64,000 nucleotides of DNA from Malacoraja senta (Eukaryota). Each line of letters begins with the position of its first letter. Within the stretch, counting starts at the first letter, position 1. This document shows, piece by piece, positions 37,583 through 49,284 of this stretch. The translations under genes were made by a program, and so were the position numbers. The stretch covers positions 5,768,001 to 5,832,000 of the forward strand of contig CM075990.1 in NCBI GenBank assembly GCA_038087875.1, read 5' to 3'. The notes below the pieces were generated by a model, which ran no database searches, was not told the origin of the DNA, and worked only from the letters and a program-made list of their open reading frames with translations.

Positions 37583-39519
37583 ATCAATAAGTTCAGCCGA
37601 TCATGCAGAGGATGTACTTCACCAGAAATGGGATGAGTTAGCAGAGACCTGCTTTTGGGAACCGTCATGACAGGTTCTACAACCATGCCCAGGATAAGAG
37701 GATACCATGGCTGAGTGGGCCAGTCAGGGACTACCAGAACGCCGGAGGCAGAGTCCTGCTGAATTTTATGCAGACATCGACTGACAAGGCAGAATGGGGG
37801 AATGCATAGAAAAACATTCCACCCCAATGTAGTGAGAACGCGTCTACCGCTACTGCCCCTGGGTCTGGTTCCTATGTAACATACTTCGGTAACTGATGAT
37901 TTAATCTTGAAGTGAACAAATCCATATCCATACCTAGAAACAATATCCTTAAACACTCTATGATTCAACATCCATTCTGTGTTGTCATTGAATTTACGTG
38001 AGCTGGTGTCCGCCACCGTGTTGAACTTACCTGGGAGGTAGGTAGCTGAAACCTAAATATTTCGAATGATGCACCAGTGCCAAATGAGGTTAGCCAATTT
38101 ATCACAGGATACTGATCTGATACCATCCATGTGATTTATGTGTGCCACCGCTGTGGTGTTATCTATCTGTAATTGAACATGCAGATGGTGCATGTGCCCA
38201 CAATAAGCCTTCAGACCATAGAGGGCTGCGAGCAACTCCAAATAGTTAATACCATGCACCTGCAGAAAAGATAGTTCATGCACATTCCATCTGGCACCGC
38301 AGCTAGAAACGGTGTCAGTGGCACCCCATCCCAGAGCACTTGCATCAGTCTGTAAAACAACAAAAGGCAATTCAATCGAAATATTGCCAGAACAATGCAA
38401 GATATTGGCTTTCCACCACTGCAGCTCGGCAATAGCTTCAGCCAGTAATTGCAGAGCCCTGTCAAAGTGGCCTGAATTATGTTTAAGTGCCTGCACCTTT
38501 GCTCTTTGTAATTGCTGATAGTGCAAAGGTCCATATTTAGCTGCTGGAAAGGCAGCCACCAATTTCCCAATTAAGCTGGCCAATTGCCGAATTGAAGGCA
38601 GCTGCTGTATAATAAGATGATTGCAGGCTTCTATTAACTTCAATCTTTTGCCCTCAGGCAAAGTCACAGACAGGTGATTGGAGTTAATAGTAAATCCCAA
38701 ATAATCCATAACTCTGGATGGTGTCATCTTGGATTTTACTGGGTGAATTAGGAACCCCAACTGCTCAAACACAAACTTGGTGGCTGAGACTGCCAAAATA
38801 GCCAATTCCAGAGTTATCCCTAATATGAGGATATCATCCAAATAAGCCATTACTATATGTTTTTGCGCTCGTAATAGAGCAAGAGCAGGTTTCAATATTT
38901 TAGTGAATAACCTGGGAGTTGAGGTTAATCCATTAGGCAATGCTTTAAACTGCCATAGCTGCCCCATCCAGTAAAATTTCAGGTATTTTCTGTGGTCCTT
39001 GTGAACCGGCACCGAGTAATAAGCATCTTTAAGATCGATGCATGCTATGTAACATCCCTTGGAAATCAATTGTTTGGCAGTAACAAAGCTTTTCATTTTG
39101 AAATGTATGTACTGCACATAGGTGTTAAGTTGGGTCAGGTCCAAGATGATGCGGCACCCCCCATCCTTCCTTTGCCTGGTAAATATGTTGGATACAAATT
39201 GGTGAGGTTCATGATTAGATTTTTCAATTACCCTTTTTGCACATAATGTCTCAATTTCAGCCTGAACTTCCAAACCATCCTGTTTTGAACGAACAAAGGT
39301 ACGGTTTGGGGCATGCTGTGTGGGTGGCAGTGAGCCAGAGAACGCAATTTGGAACGCATCTATACTGCGCAGTATGAACAAGTCAGATGTTATCCACCGC
39401 CATTCATGCAAAAAGAAACGTAACCTACCACCAACATGCGATAGACCCACACCCCGTATGTTCCATAGCGAACCAGACCCACCTACCTCCGTAGTTATTG
39501 GTGGATTCTGGATGTTCAT
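37570..39519 (-). pseudogene. DIRS ORF2: reverse transcriptase, RNase H and methyltransferase-like domain
   Basis: RT motifs IDLKDAYY, LPNGL, AYLDDIL; RNase H motifs TDASALGWG, INYLEL, DNTTAV, YLPGKFNTVAD. TAG at 38053-38055 is a premature stop in frame with ORF 38016. The MT region reads DLFTSRLNHQLPKY..EPDPGAVAVDAFSLHW..FYAFP(P)F in a shifted frame. Confidence 0.9.
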
Positions 39520-40727
39520 TTTCTCCCCCGATGTTTGGGGAATTGAGGTGCTGGAGTGCGCCAGCTGCGCAACTTCATTGTCGGCCGGCTTGGGCCATGT
39601 CCTAAAAAAGACTTCCGGCCGGTTCTTTCGGTCCTCGAGCTGGAGGTGGTTTCAGCAGACTGTCTGGTGCTGGTAGAGGCATAGGGGTGCTGGCGTTGAA
39701 ACGACGATTGTCTGCTCACTGGTGGAGCCCAAAGTAGCCCCACAGCCTTCGACGCGTCGTCCAGGTCCTTCACCTGCTTGGACAGGCCTCCTCCAAACAG
39801 CAAATTGGGCGGCTGCACATTACTGGACTTGCACAACCCCGCAAACTTGGGGTTGAGGACAGGACGAATGGCATTCTTGTGAAAGCAATTAATTTCAAAG
39901 TGTGCATTGCACAACAATGCCATTGCGTCCCGTTGCGCCTCAGATAAGGCGCTGCCGTCCACAGACCTGGCGAATGCTGTCACCCCTGACGCCAGCAGAT
40001 TCTGAATTCTCTGTAATTTGTCCTCTTGGGTCTTAATGCCACCACCAATGTAGCTCCAAATGGAACTATTCACCGACGTTACCATGAGGGAGGCGCAGTT
40101 GCTGGGCGTGTGGTACCTGAAGGCTGTCTCCATCATCACCTGTTCTTGAAGCTGGTGGGAAGCGAGGTCATTAATGCTGGCCGCCAGCTCTTCGTCCAGC
40201 GGCTCCCCAACCAGCAACGGCATTGCGAACATGGAGACCATAGTTGGCACCTCTGCTTCTCGCGGATCCCGTGTCAAGGGACGGTCCCTCTCACTGCAAT
40301 GCGAGTTCGCCCAGGACTGGTGGTCTACACTCCCATCCTCGGATGGGGAGACATAATGCAGCCCTGCACCAGGCGCTGCTGCGGGCCCCCGAGACCCGCT
40401 CTATTATGACTCCAGCATATCATGATGGAGCATCTTCTCCATAAGATGCTCTACTCGGGAAAGGCGTCCGACAACGCTCCCCGCTGGAGGAGGCGAACCC
40501 TCCCGGCCGGACTCATCGGAGTCAACTGGCCTGTTGGACTTGCACTTGGCTTTCCCGCCCCGCGGGGTAGCCACAGTGCTCTCCATGGGCACCGAGCCCA
40601 AAGTCGCTGGCTGTGGTGTCAGCGACCGCGATGGTGAAACGGACTGCCGCCCGCTGACCGCACTCCCGCGGTCTTCAGAAGCGGTTCTCCCTGCGGCCCA
40701 TCGAGACTTCACCCTCGCCTTATCCAT
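39516..40727 (-). pseudogene. DIRS ORF1 (gag-like) with an in-frame TAA TAG
   Basis: ATG at 40727 (MDKARVK). ORFs 40404-40754 and 39516-40277 share a frame and are separated only by TAA TAG at 40406-40401. The C-terminal part has the DIRS gag-like motifs TPSNC...VN..IW and LLFGGGLSKQVKDL. Confidence 0.75.
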
Positions 40728-40872
40728 CCTAGTCCGTTCTTGAAGCTGTAACAAGAACGGAAGACAAACGACCGCAGACTAAGTTCAAGAACTTACCTGG
40801 AGGTCTTTTAAAACTTACCGCTGGTGGAGCGAAGCGCCAACCAGCCAGTCAGAGCGCCATGCTTAGACGTAA

Positions 40873-40932
40873 TGACGCGCATGCGTGCTGACGGGCTCTT
40901 CACGTAGTCAATCACGTGACTCCGAAGTAAAA
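40873..40932 (-). promoter_or_regulatory. DIRS left ITR / putative promoter
   Basis: CpG-rich terminus with E-box TCACGTGAC (40912-40920) and NRF1-like GCGCATGCG (40877-40885). Promoter function is inferred. Confidence 0.5.
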
Positions 40933-41399
40933 CAAGGATTGTGAGCTGGCTAATTAATTTCAGTCAAATTATTATTGTGAGTTTCAAACCTCCTTTTCAA
41001 TACTCACTTCTAGTAAATTCATTTCAGAAATGTAGATTTTAAAAATTGCCCAATCATACTGACATTTTGATTTAATGGATACTTTAAAGTTTTTCATGTA
41101 AACGCTTCTTAATGTGTTAGATTCCTTCACTGGCAGAATTACCCTGTTGGTCCTTTTGTACCATTTTTGTTATGATGTACCTATTCTTACTTTTCTGTCG
41201 ATGAACTGAAGATAAGCAACAATTTCTATTATGTTGTTATCAGAATTTGTGAATGATTGACTTTTATTCCAAATACTCATCTGCAGGTTATATTGTAGTT
41301 TTGAATGTAAATTTCAACTTTTTTTTCCTATTTATAACAAATTATTATTTGCTGACTTTTGATTTGTTTCTAATAAATCATTTCTCTATTTGATAAGTA

Positions 41400-41794
41400 C
41401 AGTCTACCCTCGATATTACGGACAACTTTGGAACTGATTTTGGTTATAGAAGACAGGGTGTCCCTACAGTACTAATCAGGCACCACTATCCCTTTAAGAG
41501 CACAGGCTGCAAGACATTAAATGGAGGCCATTAAAATTGCCATGTAATTGCTTTGATCGACACTTATGCAATGATAATTAAACAATGTAACAAACAGCCT
41601 TTAATACTTTTAGCAATGCAGTAACAAAAGTACGTTTAGCTGTTAAAAGGAACTTTGTATTTGAGAACAACTTATTGTTTCATCGAGTAACCGCTAAGTG
41701 CTTGGAGCGAATCCCTCACTCTGTTATCGACAATAACGGACACCATTCCCCCCCCTTCCATCCCACATCATGGTCCCACAACAAGAGTTATCTG
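41400..41794. mobile_element. Possible pogo/Tigger-like MITE
   Basis: TA|cagtctaccctcgatattacggac left end and degenerate right end acaagagttatctg|TA. Confidence 0.4.
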
Positions 41795-43035
41795 TAATGA
41801 AAATTATTGCGTTATTTTGAATATGTTGAGCATATTACTCTTCATTATATGACGGTGCCCAATATGTGATCTTTCAGAAATCATTCTTTCACCTGTACCA
41901 TTCTTGGAGTGAAGCAAACAATATTTGGTTGTCTTCATTTATCAGGCAATTAAATAGGAAAATAAAATTACTCGAAGGAATTCTATCTATTCTAAAATTT
42001 AAGAGTTAAAATCCTTGCAAGATATCTCTGGATGTTGCAGACTGACTGAGGCAGTGAACATTGTATGTGAAACAATTATGCTAAAGCTAAAAATGCTCAT
42101 CAAATCAGGTACTATCTGTCAAGAGATAAATAGCTTCCAGATGCAGGGAAATGGATGAGGGAGTGGTAGGTAGGTCAGTGATGGAGTGAGAGATTGGAGA
42201 TATTAAATGAAGAAAAGTAAGCCAACAGAAGTCTCAAAGATGTACAAATAAAGCATAATTATCTGTAATTACCAAAGGAAATGGAATGGAAATTGTGCAA
42301 GGAATTCAAATTTCAGGAAATGTTTTTTATCTAGAGTTTGTTCAACTCAATGATTAGTCACGAGTCTCATCTTCAATGGAGATCAAATATAAATTGAGAA
42401 ACCTGAACAAATAGCTGTTAACGGGTTCTGCCTGAGTATTTCCAGCATTTTTCCTTCATTTCAAATGTGTGCCTTCTAAGTATTTTGCTTTCGTATCACA
42501 TTGCCCCATGGCATCAACATGTGTGAGATTATCTTAAAGGTGTATAATCAATCTATTTATCAAAATTTGCATGCATCAGTGTTACGTTTACTGTCCTTCC
42601 CAGTCTTACAAATAAAGTTATGCTTGCTTTATTTATCCATTCTTATCAACAAAACTGCTTCTGGCCCTTAACTTACATAGTTCATGATGAATGTTTAGTT
42701 GCTTGGGCAAGAGTAATTGTAGGGCTGCATGTTACTGATTATAAATGACATAAACATTATAATCCTAAACAGCATAATTCAATCATATAGAATATTTATT
42801 ATTAATAATTATTGTTTGGATTTGAATGTAAAGTAACTGTCTTTGAAATTCTGAAGTTTGGATTTAAATGAAATTCTGCTATATATTGCTGAGATGTGAG
42901 TAAACTGGGTAATATTTTGCACTTTTTTAATACTGCTTATAAGATGTATTTTAATATTTAAATATATCAATTAATTATTATAAAAGCAATGTTGATTTGT
43001 TTTTCTTTTGTCTTGCTAAATTTATTTCCCCAAAG

Positions 43036-43232
43036 CCTTGAAATTTGGTATTGGTGATCTTGCAAACTCTTTAGACATCATTGAGGAGAAACTAAATCAT
43101 CCAGCACGAAAACGAAGGCATGCAAAGAAAGATGACTACAACATTGAAGCTCTATTGGCAGTAGATGATTCAGTTGTTCGCTTCCATGGAAAACAGCATG
43201 TTCAGAACTATGTTCTGACCCTAATGAATATT
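43036..43232 (+). CDS. ADAMTS14: ADAMTS14-like exon: end of prodomain, furin site and start of metalloprotease domain
   Basis: Acceptor tttatttccccaaag|CC (phase 1; G+CC=Ala) and donor ATT|gtaagt. Encodes [70 protein letters not shown] is a furin site. FG.GDL, RKRRHAK and NYVLTLMNI favour ADAMTS14 over ADAMTS2/3 (from recalled sequences). Confidence 0.88.
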
Positions 43233-46218
43233 GTAAGTGGCCTTATATACTATTTATTGTATTTGATTCTTCCTTCATTAGTAACAATTGAATTTTGTGT
43301 CACCCATAAATCTGTAATTTGAAGAGTTAGTGTACGTAACATTTATCATTTTCTGTATTCTCATGGAATCTGGAGTTGTATAGTGGGATGATATCATGAA
43401 CTTGTGTGAATTTTCAACTCTAGGCTATTCTAGCACAGTCATTAATTAATGTAAATTGTATCGTACCTCCACAGTGAGAGCTGAGATAAAAGCTGAAGAA
43501 CAGATTATGTGCATAGCTGTCCATTTCATTGAGTAATGTTGAGAACGATGTGTTCAATTATATATATATATTTAAAAATACCAAGAAGTTCATTAAATAT
43601 GCAAAGCACAAACAGCCATTTTCATCACAGACCTGTTGCTTGTAAATTTTGCAGCACACTAGACATTAGCACTAATGAAACACGTTTGCACTTCAATAGG
43701 GTTTTCCATTATACTTTGTGCCAATGTACCTTGCACAAAAGAAAACTGGTAACTCAGCGTGTTACTGGTAACTCAAGAAAGTCCAGGAGTCTTGAGGAAG
43801 CAAAATAGAATGTTAGCAGGATTGGGGCAAGGTGTGGATGCCAGTAAGTACCGTGAATCTGAGGCCTGCATTCACCAGGCGACTAGGATTGTAAAGACTG
43901 TAAGCTTGGTGAGGATTGTAAAGACTGCAAACTTGGTGATATGGCCGATAAGTGCAATATAAATGGTAAAGGAGAGATACAGGGCATCCCCGGGTAACAA
44001 ACAAGTTCTGTTTTTCTGTACAATTATGTCCCCATGTTAGAAAATAGACGAGTATAACTTGAAATAACAACCATACCTCCATAGTATTGCAATGAATGTC
44101 ATCAAAAGCACATTAGACTGATGTGAATTAATCTTCTGGCCCAGCCTGTCATGAGGAAATTTGTTAAATGATTTACTAAAGTCCATTTAGAATGTTTTCC
44201 ATTTTGAAAACATCCACATCATTTTCATTACCTCTTCAAGTGCACACCAAATTTGTGAGAGAGTACCTCCTCCACAGAAAGCTGTATTGACTGATTATGA
44301 TCCAATTATGATGGTCTATTTATATATTTTAAAAACCCTCCTGGATGTAGTTAATAAATTCTGCCCCATCTAAGCCCCTGACTAATTTTCGAATGAGCAG
44401 CAAGTCTGGATACATTACACAAGATCCCCTTATTCAAACCATTGATAAAATGTAAGGTTGGCATCCAAGTATTGTTTCTATCTATAAATATTTAGCACTA
44501 TAGTATTGCACTTTTTGGCTGATTAGAAATATTGGAATTGTTATAGCTAATCACCAGTTGGTATCTGGGAAATTTGTGAAGTAAAATTAAGATTTGTACG
44601 TGCTCAAGCGAAAAGTAGTTTAAAGCTAGATTTCCTTCTGTTACCCTGCTAGTTAGAGATAACTTGGATTATCTCGGGTTACTTTTCATAGAATTATGTT
44701 TGACGTTCATTTTTTCTTATTATGGCATTAATTTTTTTGGGGAAAATGGCCTGTCGGCAATAACCAGTTAATGTATATAATGCTTGAATCTTGAACTGTA
44801 AGAAGTTTTGTTTCACTTTTTTTCTAATTATTCATAAAGTCTGCAAAATTACCTAAATATTGTCTTTCTGGCCTTTTCCTCGTCTGTTTTGCTCATTTTA
44901 CCATAATGATCAATAAGCCTGTGTATGTGCCAGTAATATTTAGTTTTATTGTTCCACTATCATCAACTGGTGACAGGATACAACTGGATGATTGCTTGTC
45001 TAGTATTATTGAGAATGGGCCAGATTTTTGTTTTGCCACTTTGTGTTCAAGACTGAAGGCATGCTGTCCAGTCAACACTTATAAACACTGCAGCTTAGTT
45101 TGTGTTCATTTTTTTCCTCTGCCACAATGTCTTTGTAATGTACATTACTTGGGTGACCTGCTAAATTCTCAGCTTAGCTTCAAATCCTAAATTCTGTCCC
45201 ATTTCCAGCTCTACAATATTTTCCTGCTGTTTCTGTTCCAATTTTAACCTGTGCCTATGGAAAATTTGAAGTGTTAACGATTCCAAATATAGAATAATTT
45301 TATTATTGGTTATTTTATGTGCCTTGCTTTGCTCTGTTACATCAAATTTTCCAGTGAATGAGTCTCATGGTATGCTAAATTTTGTATGTTTACTCATCCG
45401 TGAAGCATCTTGGAACTATTTACTGAAAATAGCTTATATGTGCTGAGATTGATGGGCATTGCAGCTGTTTGAGAATAATGCTGGATGGTGAAGTAAGCTG
45501 GCTTGTATCTGTGTTAACTTGTAAAATGCCTTACAAATACTAAATTAATCTCCTGATCTTTTAGTTTAGTGTTTTTGTTCACTAGGCCTGAAAAGTTTGT
45601 TCTTTAAAGTTAAAAGTTAGTCAGTGCATGAGAATGCACAAGAATATACAATTGTTGCAGTAATTTATGTTTTTAAAACTTGCTCTCTTTTCCATCTGCA
45701 CCACTACACAATAAAATATTTTTCTTGAAGCTCCATAGAAAGATGGTAAGCATGGATGGAATCTCCTGAAATACACTAGTACGTCGAATTGGAGGGACCC
45801 AATTAAAGCATCTGATTTTTCAGTGGCAGCAATTAGCAAAGAAAGATGAATGGTAAAAAAATGCCCAGAATTTGACATGGTGAGATATCCAATTGCTCTT
45901 GCACTATCTTATTAAATCTTTTCTGTGCCTTTTTCTAAAAGTGAGATCTAATGTAGGTTAGCAAAGGAAATGGGGTCTGAAAATTTCATTTTTAACCTCT
46001 TGGGTACAGCGTGTGTGGTGTGCTTTAAGATTGTGTTCCCTAGTAAATTATGTAATTAGGTTGCCTAGTGCAACAGTGCCCTGTTTACATTCCAGCATAC
46101 TAAGTCATTAATGTGTTTAAAATTGCACAGCTGCTCTCATTTAACCTCACAGCTATGAACTTCACATCTAGCCCTTAAAGGGCCACTTGCAGAAATAAAC
46201 CAGTGTTGTTCCAACTAA

Positions 46219-46256
46219 TGTTTAAGAAGGAACTGCTGATGCTGGATTTGTCTACC
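46219..46256. mobile_element. 38-bp Penelope insertion remnant with 13-bp TSD
   Basis: TTGTTCCAACTAA at 46206-46218 and 46257-46269 flanks tgtttaagaaggaactgctgatgctgga+tttgtctacc. Confidence 0.75.
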
Positions 46257-46492
46257 TTGTTCCAACTAAAGTGTGTTGCTTTCTCAAATATGGCTTCTGT
46301 AATAATGGGGGAAATAATAAAAGGTTTCAAAGGTGGCCTGTCTTAGAGCAGTGGAGAACGGCATCCACTGAAGGGAGTGCATCTGTTTCAGACATCCTCA
46401 GAGAACCTACAATACTATAATCAAATGTTCTTGGTATTAGATACCTATGTGAGCACTGCATGGAGTAAGCAGTGAGGATGCATAGTACTGAG

Positions 46493-46932
46493 CAGGCACG
46501 GAAATCGCTATCAAAACATGGGGGGGGACACAATTTCTTGGCGGCCGCGCGCACACACACACACACACATACGCACACACGCTAGGCTTCGGCCGTGGGC
46601 CCTGTGGATGGTAACATCGGAAGCTGACCTGGTTGGTGACATACTCCGAACTCCATCAACACAGCTTCGTCCGCCCTGAATCGTGGGGCTTCAATCGGCC
46701 CGTTCACGGCGGGGGCTTCAACATCGGGGGCCTCGATCACCTCGATGCAGCAGTTTGGCTTTAAGCCGCGCCGGGCGTTGAAAGGCCCCGCGAACGGGCC
46801 GATTCAGCCTTTAGAAAGCATCTGAAAGTCCAGATTACAAAACATAGGGGGGATTGCCCCCCACCTCTCAAAGCATGGGGAGGATGTGTCGTCGTTTCCC
46901 CCCTCCCCCCCCCCCTAGGATTTCCGCCCATG
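46493..46932. mobile_element. GC/CpG-rich non-autonomous DNA transposon-like element (hAT-like MITE?)
   Basis: Imperfect TIRs caggcacggaaatc and gatttccgcccatg; three caaa(a/g)cat(g/a)ggg subterminal repeats; (CA)n at 46551-46580. No clean TSD. Confidence 0.5.
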
Positions 46933-49284
46933 AGGAGCAGCCTGGCAAAGAATATAACTCAAATATGATTGGCTTTTTAAAGAATGCATTTTCAAGGAAT
47001 CCATGTCAGTAAAAGCTGGCTAGACTGAGTCAGACAGGTGAGGTAGAAAATCATGTGGAAAAGCAAGAAGTGGTAATTGCACTATTGCTGGAATCATTGG
47101 GGCATATCATGGGCTGAAAATACATTTCCAGAACTAACCAAAATTCTAATGGAAAATCAGTATAGATTTACCCACTGTTCGGTTCTCAGTGCTATAAAAA
47201 GTGGTTTGGTTCCACTATTGATTAAATTCATTTCCCACTTCTTTTATCACTTAAGAATGAATTTCTTGGCCAGGGTATCAAGGAACTGATTGACAGAACA
47301 AGCAACAATGTCTACCCTTTAACAATCAGGTTGAAAGATCGAGAAATGAATGAGGAAGCTAATATAAATTACACTTAATCTTGACCAAATCAGGTAAAAT
47401 AAAAGGAAAGTGCTTGATTTGATTAAGGGAGTAAAGGAAACAAAAGAAACATAAAATGTAAGGGTACATTCAGCAGTATCTGGCTCGGTGTCTGGACTTG
47501 CCACCCACTATTCCTGTCTCCTTTAACTACCTTTACAAACGCAAAATGCTGCAGGAACTGGCCTGTTCTCAAGAAGCGCCCTGGATTCCACTGTCAAAGG
47601 CCATTGGACTTTTTTTTACATCTCTGTTAGTTAAATATTTAAAATGTGTTTTATTTTTTTTTTTTAAGTTGTAAATTTAGTTGTAAAGGCATTGATATTG
47701 TCAGTCAGACAGAGATTGGGATAATGGTGCATTTTGGCTGCTTGCCTTTGGTCTCACTTTTATTGCAAAGGTTAGAGAATACCATGTGAGATATTTAGCA
47801 AAATAATTTGAAATGGAAAGAGAATAATTTGAAGATGTCAGATAATAGCATAGATAACAGTAGGCAGGTGAATATTAAAATAAATGCCATATCCATTTTG
47901 TGTCAACAAAGAAAGAAATCGTATAATTCAAGAATATTAAAGCATTTTAGGATTTTTGGAATCCATTTCAAAATTGTATTTTAACAAGAAGCCCCGTTTA
48001 AATTAAAGAATTTAATGAAATGGCAAAATGTAAACTTATAATAGTGTGTTTTATTACTTTGGGGGATCAGGGAAAATATTACTAATAAGGTAAATTCTAT
48101 ACATGGCAGCTGTGTGAATGAGAATTAATGATGTAATAAACTATGAAAATAAAGTTGTGTGATTCATATAATAAAAATCTCAGAGATTATGTTACAGTCT
48201 GAAATACATTTGTAGATCCCTGAGTAATTTTGCCACTTGAGTTAATTTTCATTTATGCTGCCACTGTTATACTTGGATGCTTGGATCACCAGTGAATGTG
48301 TTTTATTTTAAACTTTAATTATGGAAATAGCAGAATGCAGGTATGGAATGTATTTCTGAATAAATAAACATGTTCAATGCACAGAACTAGTTAAAATCAT
48401 ACCTTTGGACCCGAGATTATTGAGCATGCAGGGACGAGAGGAATGGATTTTAGAAACAACTGTTCACAAGGTATGAACATTGCTGACAATGATGCCTGCA
48501 TTTATTGGCCATCCCTAAATGACGTTAAAAGTCTTCTCGCTGCCCACAACACTGCCAATTTCCAAGTCATTAGTAAACTACGTTTAGGGGTAGCTAAGTA
48601 AACACGAGAAGGAATAGAGGGTTATGATGAAGCTTATGTGAGGTACAAACTCTGGTATGGGTCATTTCGGGCAAATGGCTTGTTTCTTGTGCTGTACATT
48701 ATATACAATTCTATTGCTAAAAATTCTACTAAAATGGCGAAGAACAGAATAAGATCTGAGCATTATTGGTTTACCAAAATTATCAATTGTACATTTTTAG
48801 GTGTACTGTTTGATAAGATATTTCATTGATATTAATTATTTATAAATCTTTTTTTTTTTTTTTTATTTTTTTTTTTTTATTTTTTATTTTTTTATTTTTT
48901 ATTTTTTAGAAGTACGGTAGATTACAGTAATGTACAACACGTATATATTAATACATTTTTTGTACCGCTTCACTTTTTTAATCTTTAAGAAAGAAAAAGA
49001 AAGAAGTAAGAAAAGTGAAGAAAGTGCACAAAGGTTGTGAAGTGCAAAAGAGTGTTGGGAAAAGAAAGCCCCTTAGAAAAGAAGTTAGAGAAGGAAGTAA
49101 AGTTAGAAAATAGACCCTAGAAAAAAAAAGAGAAAGAAAGAAGGAACAATCGCTCTATTATAATTCTTATACCATACTTCATAGAGAAGGAACTACCAAC
49201 CAAGTCTGTTTTTATTTTACCTCCCATTACCAGGTCCAGATACCTTTTATTTATTTATTTGTTTTTCTAAATTACTATTGCACC

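Larger units (their letters stand above)
36092..40932 (-). mobile_element. Full-length DIRS1-type tyrosine-recombinase retrotransposon
   Basis: ORFs for gag, RT/RNase H/MT and YR. ITR core at 36165-36198 and 40873-40906; ICR at 36314-36426 complementary to both termini. Ends are TTTT... and ...ATT on the minus strand, with no conventional TSD. Confidence 0.93.
3288..43035 (+). other. ~39.7 kb GT-AG intron of the ADAMTS14-like gene, densely filled with TEs
   Basis: GT at 3288 and AG at 43034-43035. The flanking exons are phase-compatible and encode adjacent protein segments. Confidence 0.8.

Noticed and set aside
43038..43322. 94-aa ORF as a stand-alone gene
   Set aside because: It is the ADAMTS exon plus read-through into the intron. 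Homology ends at the GTAAGT donor.
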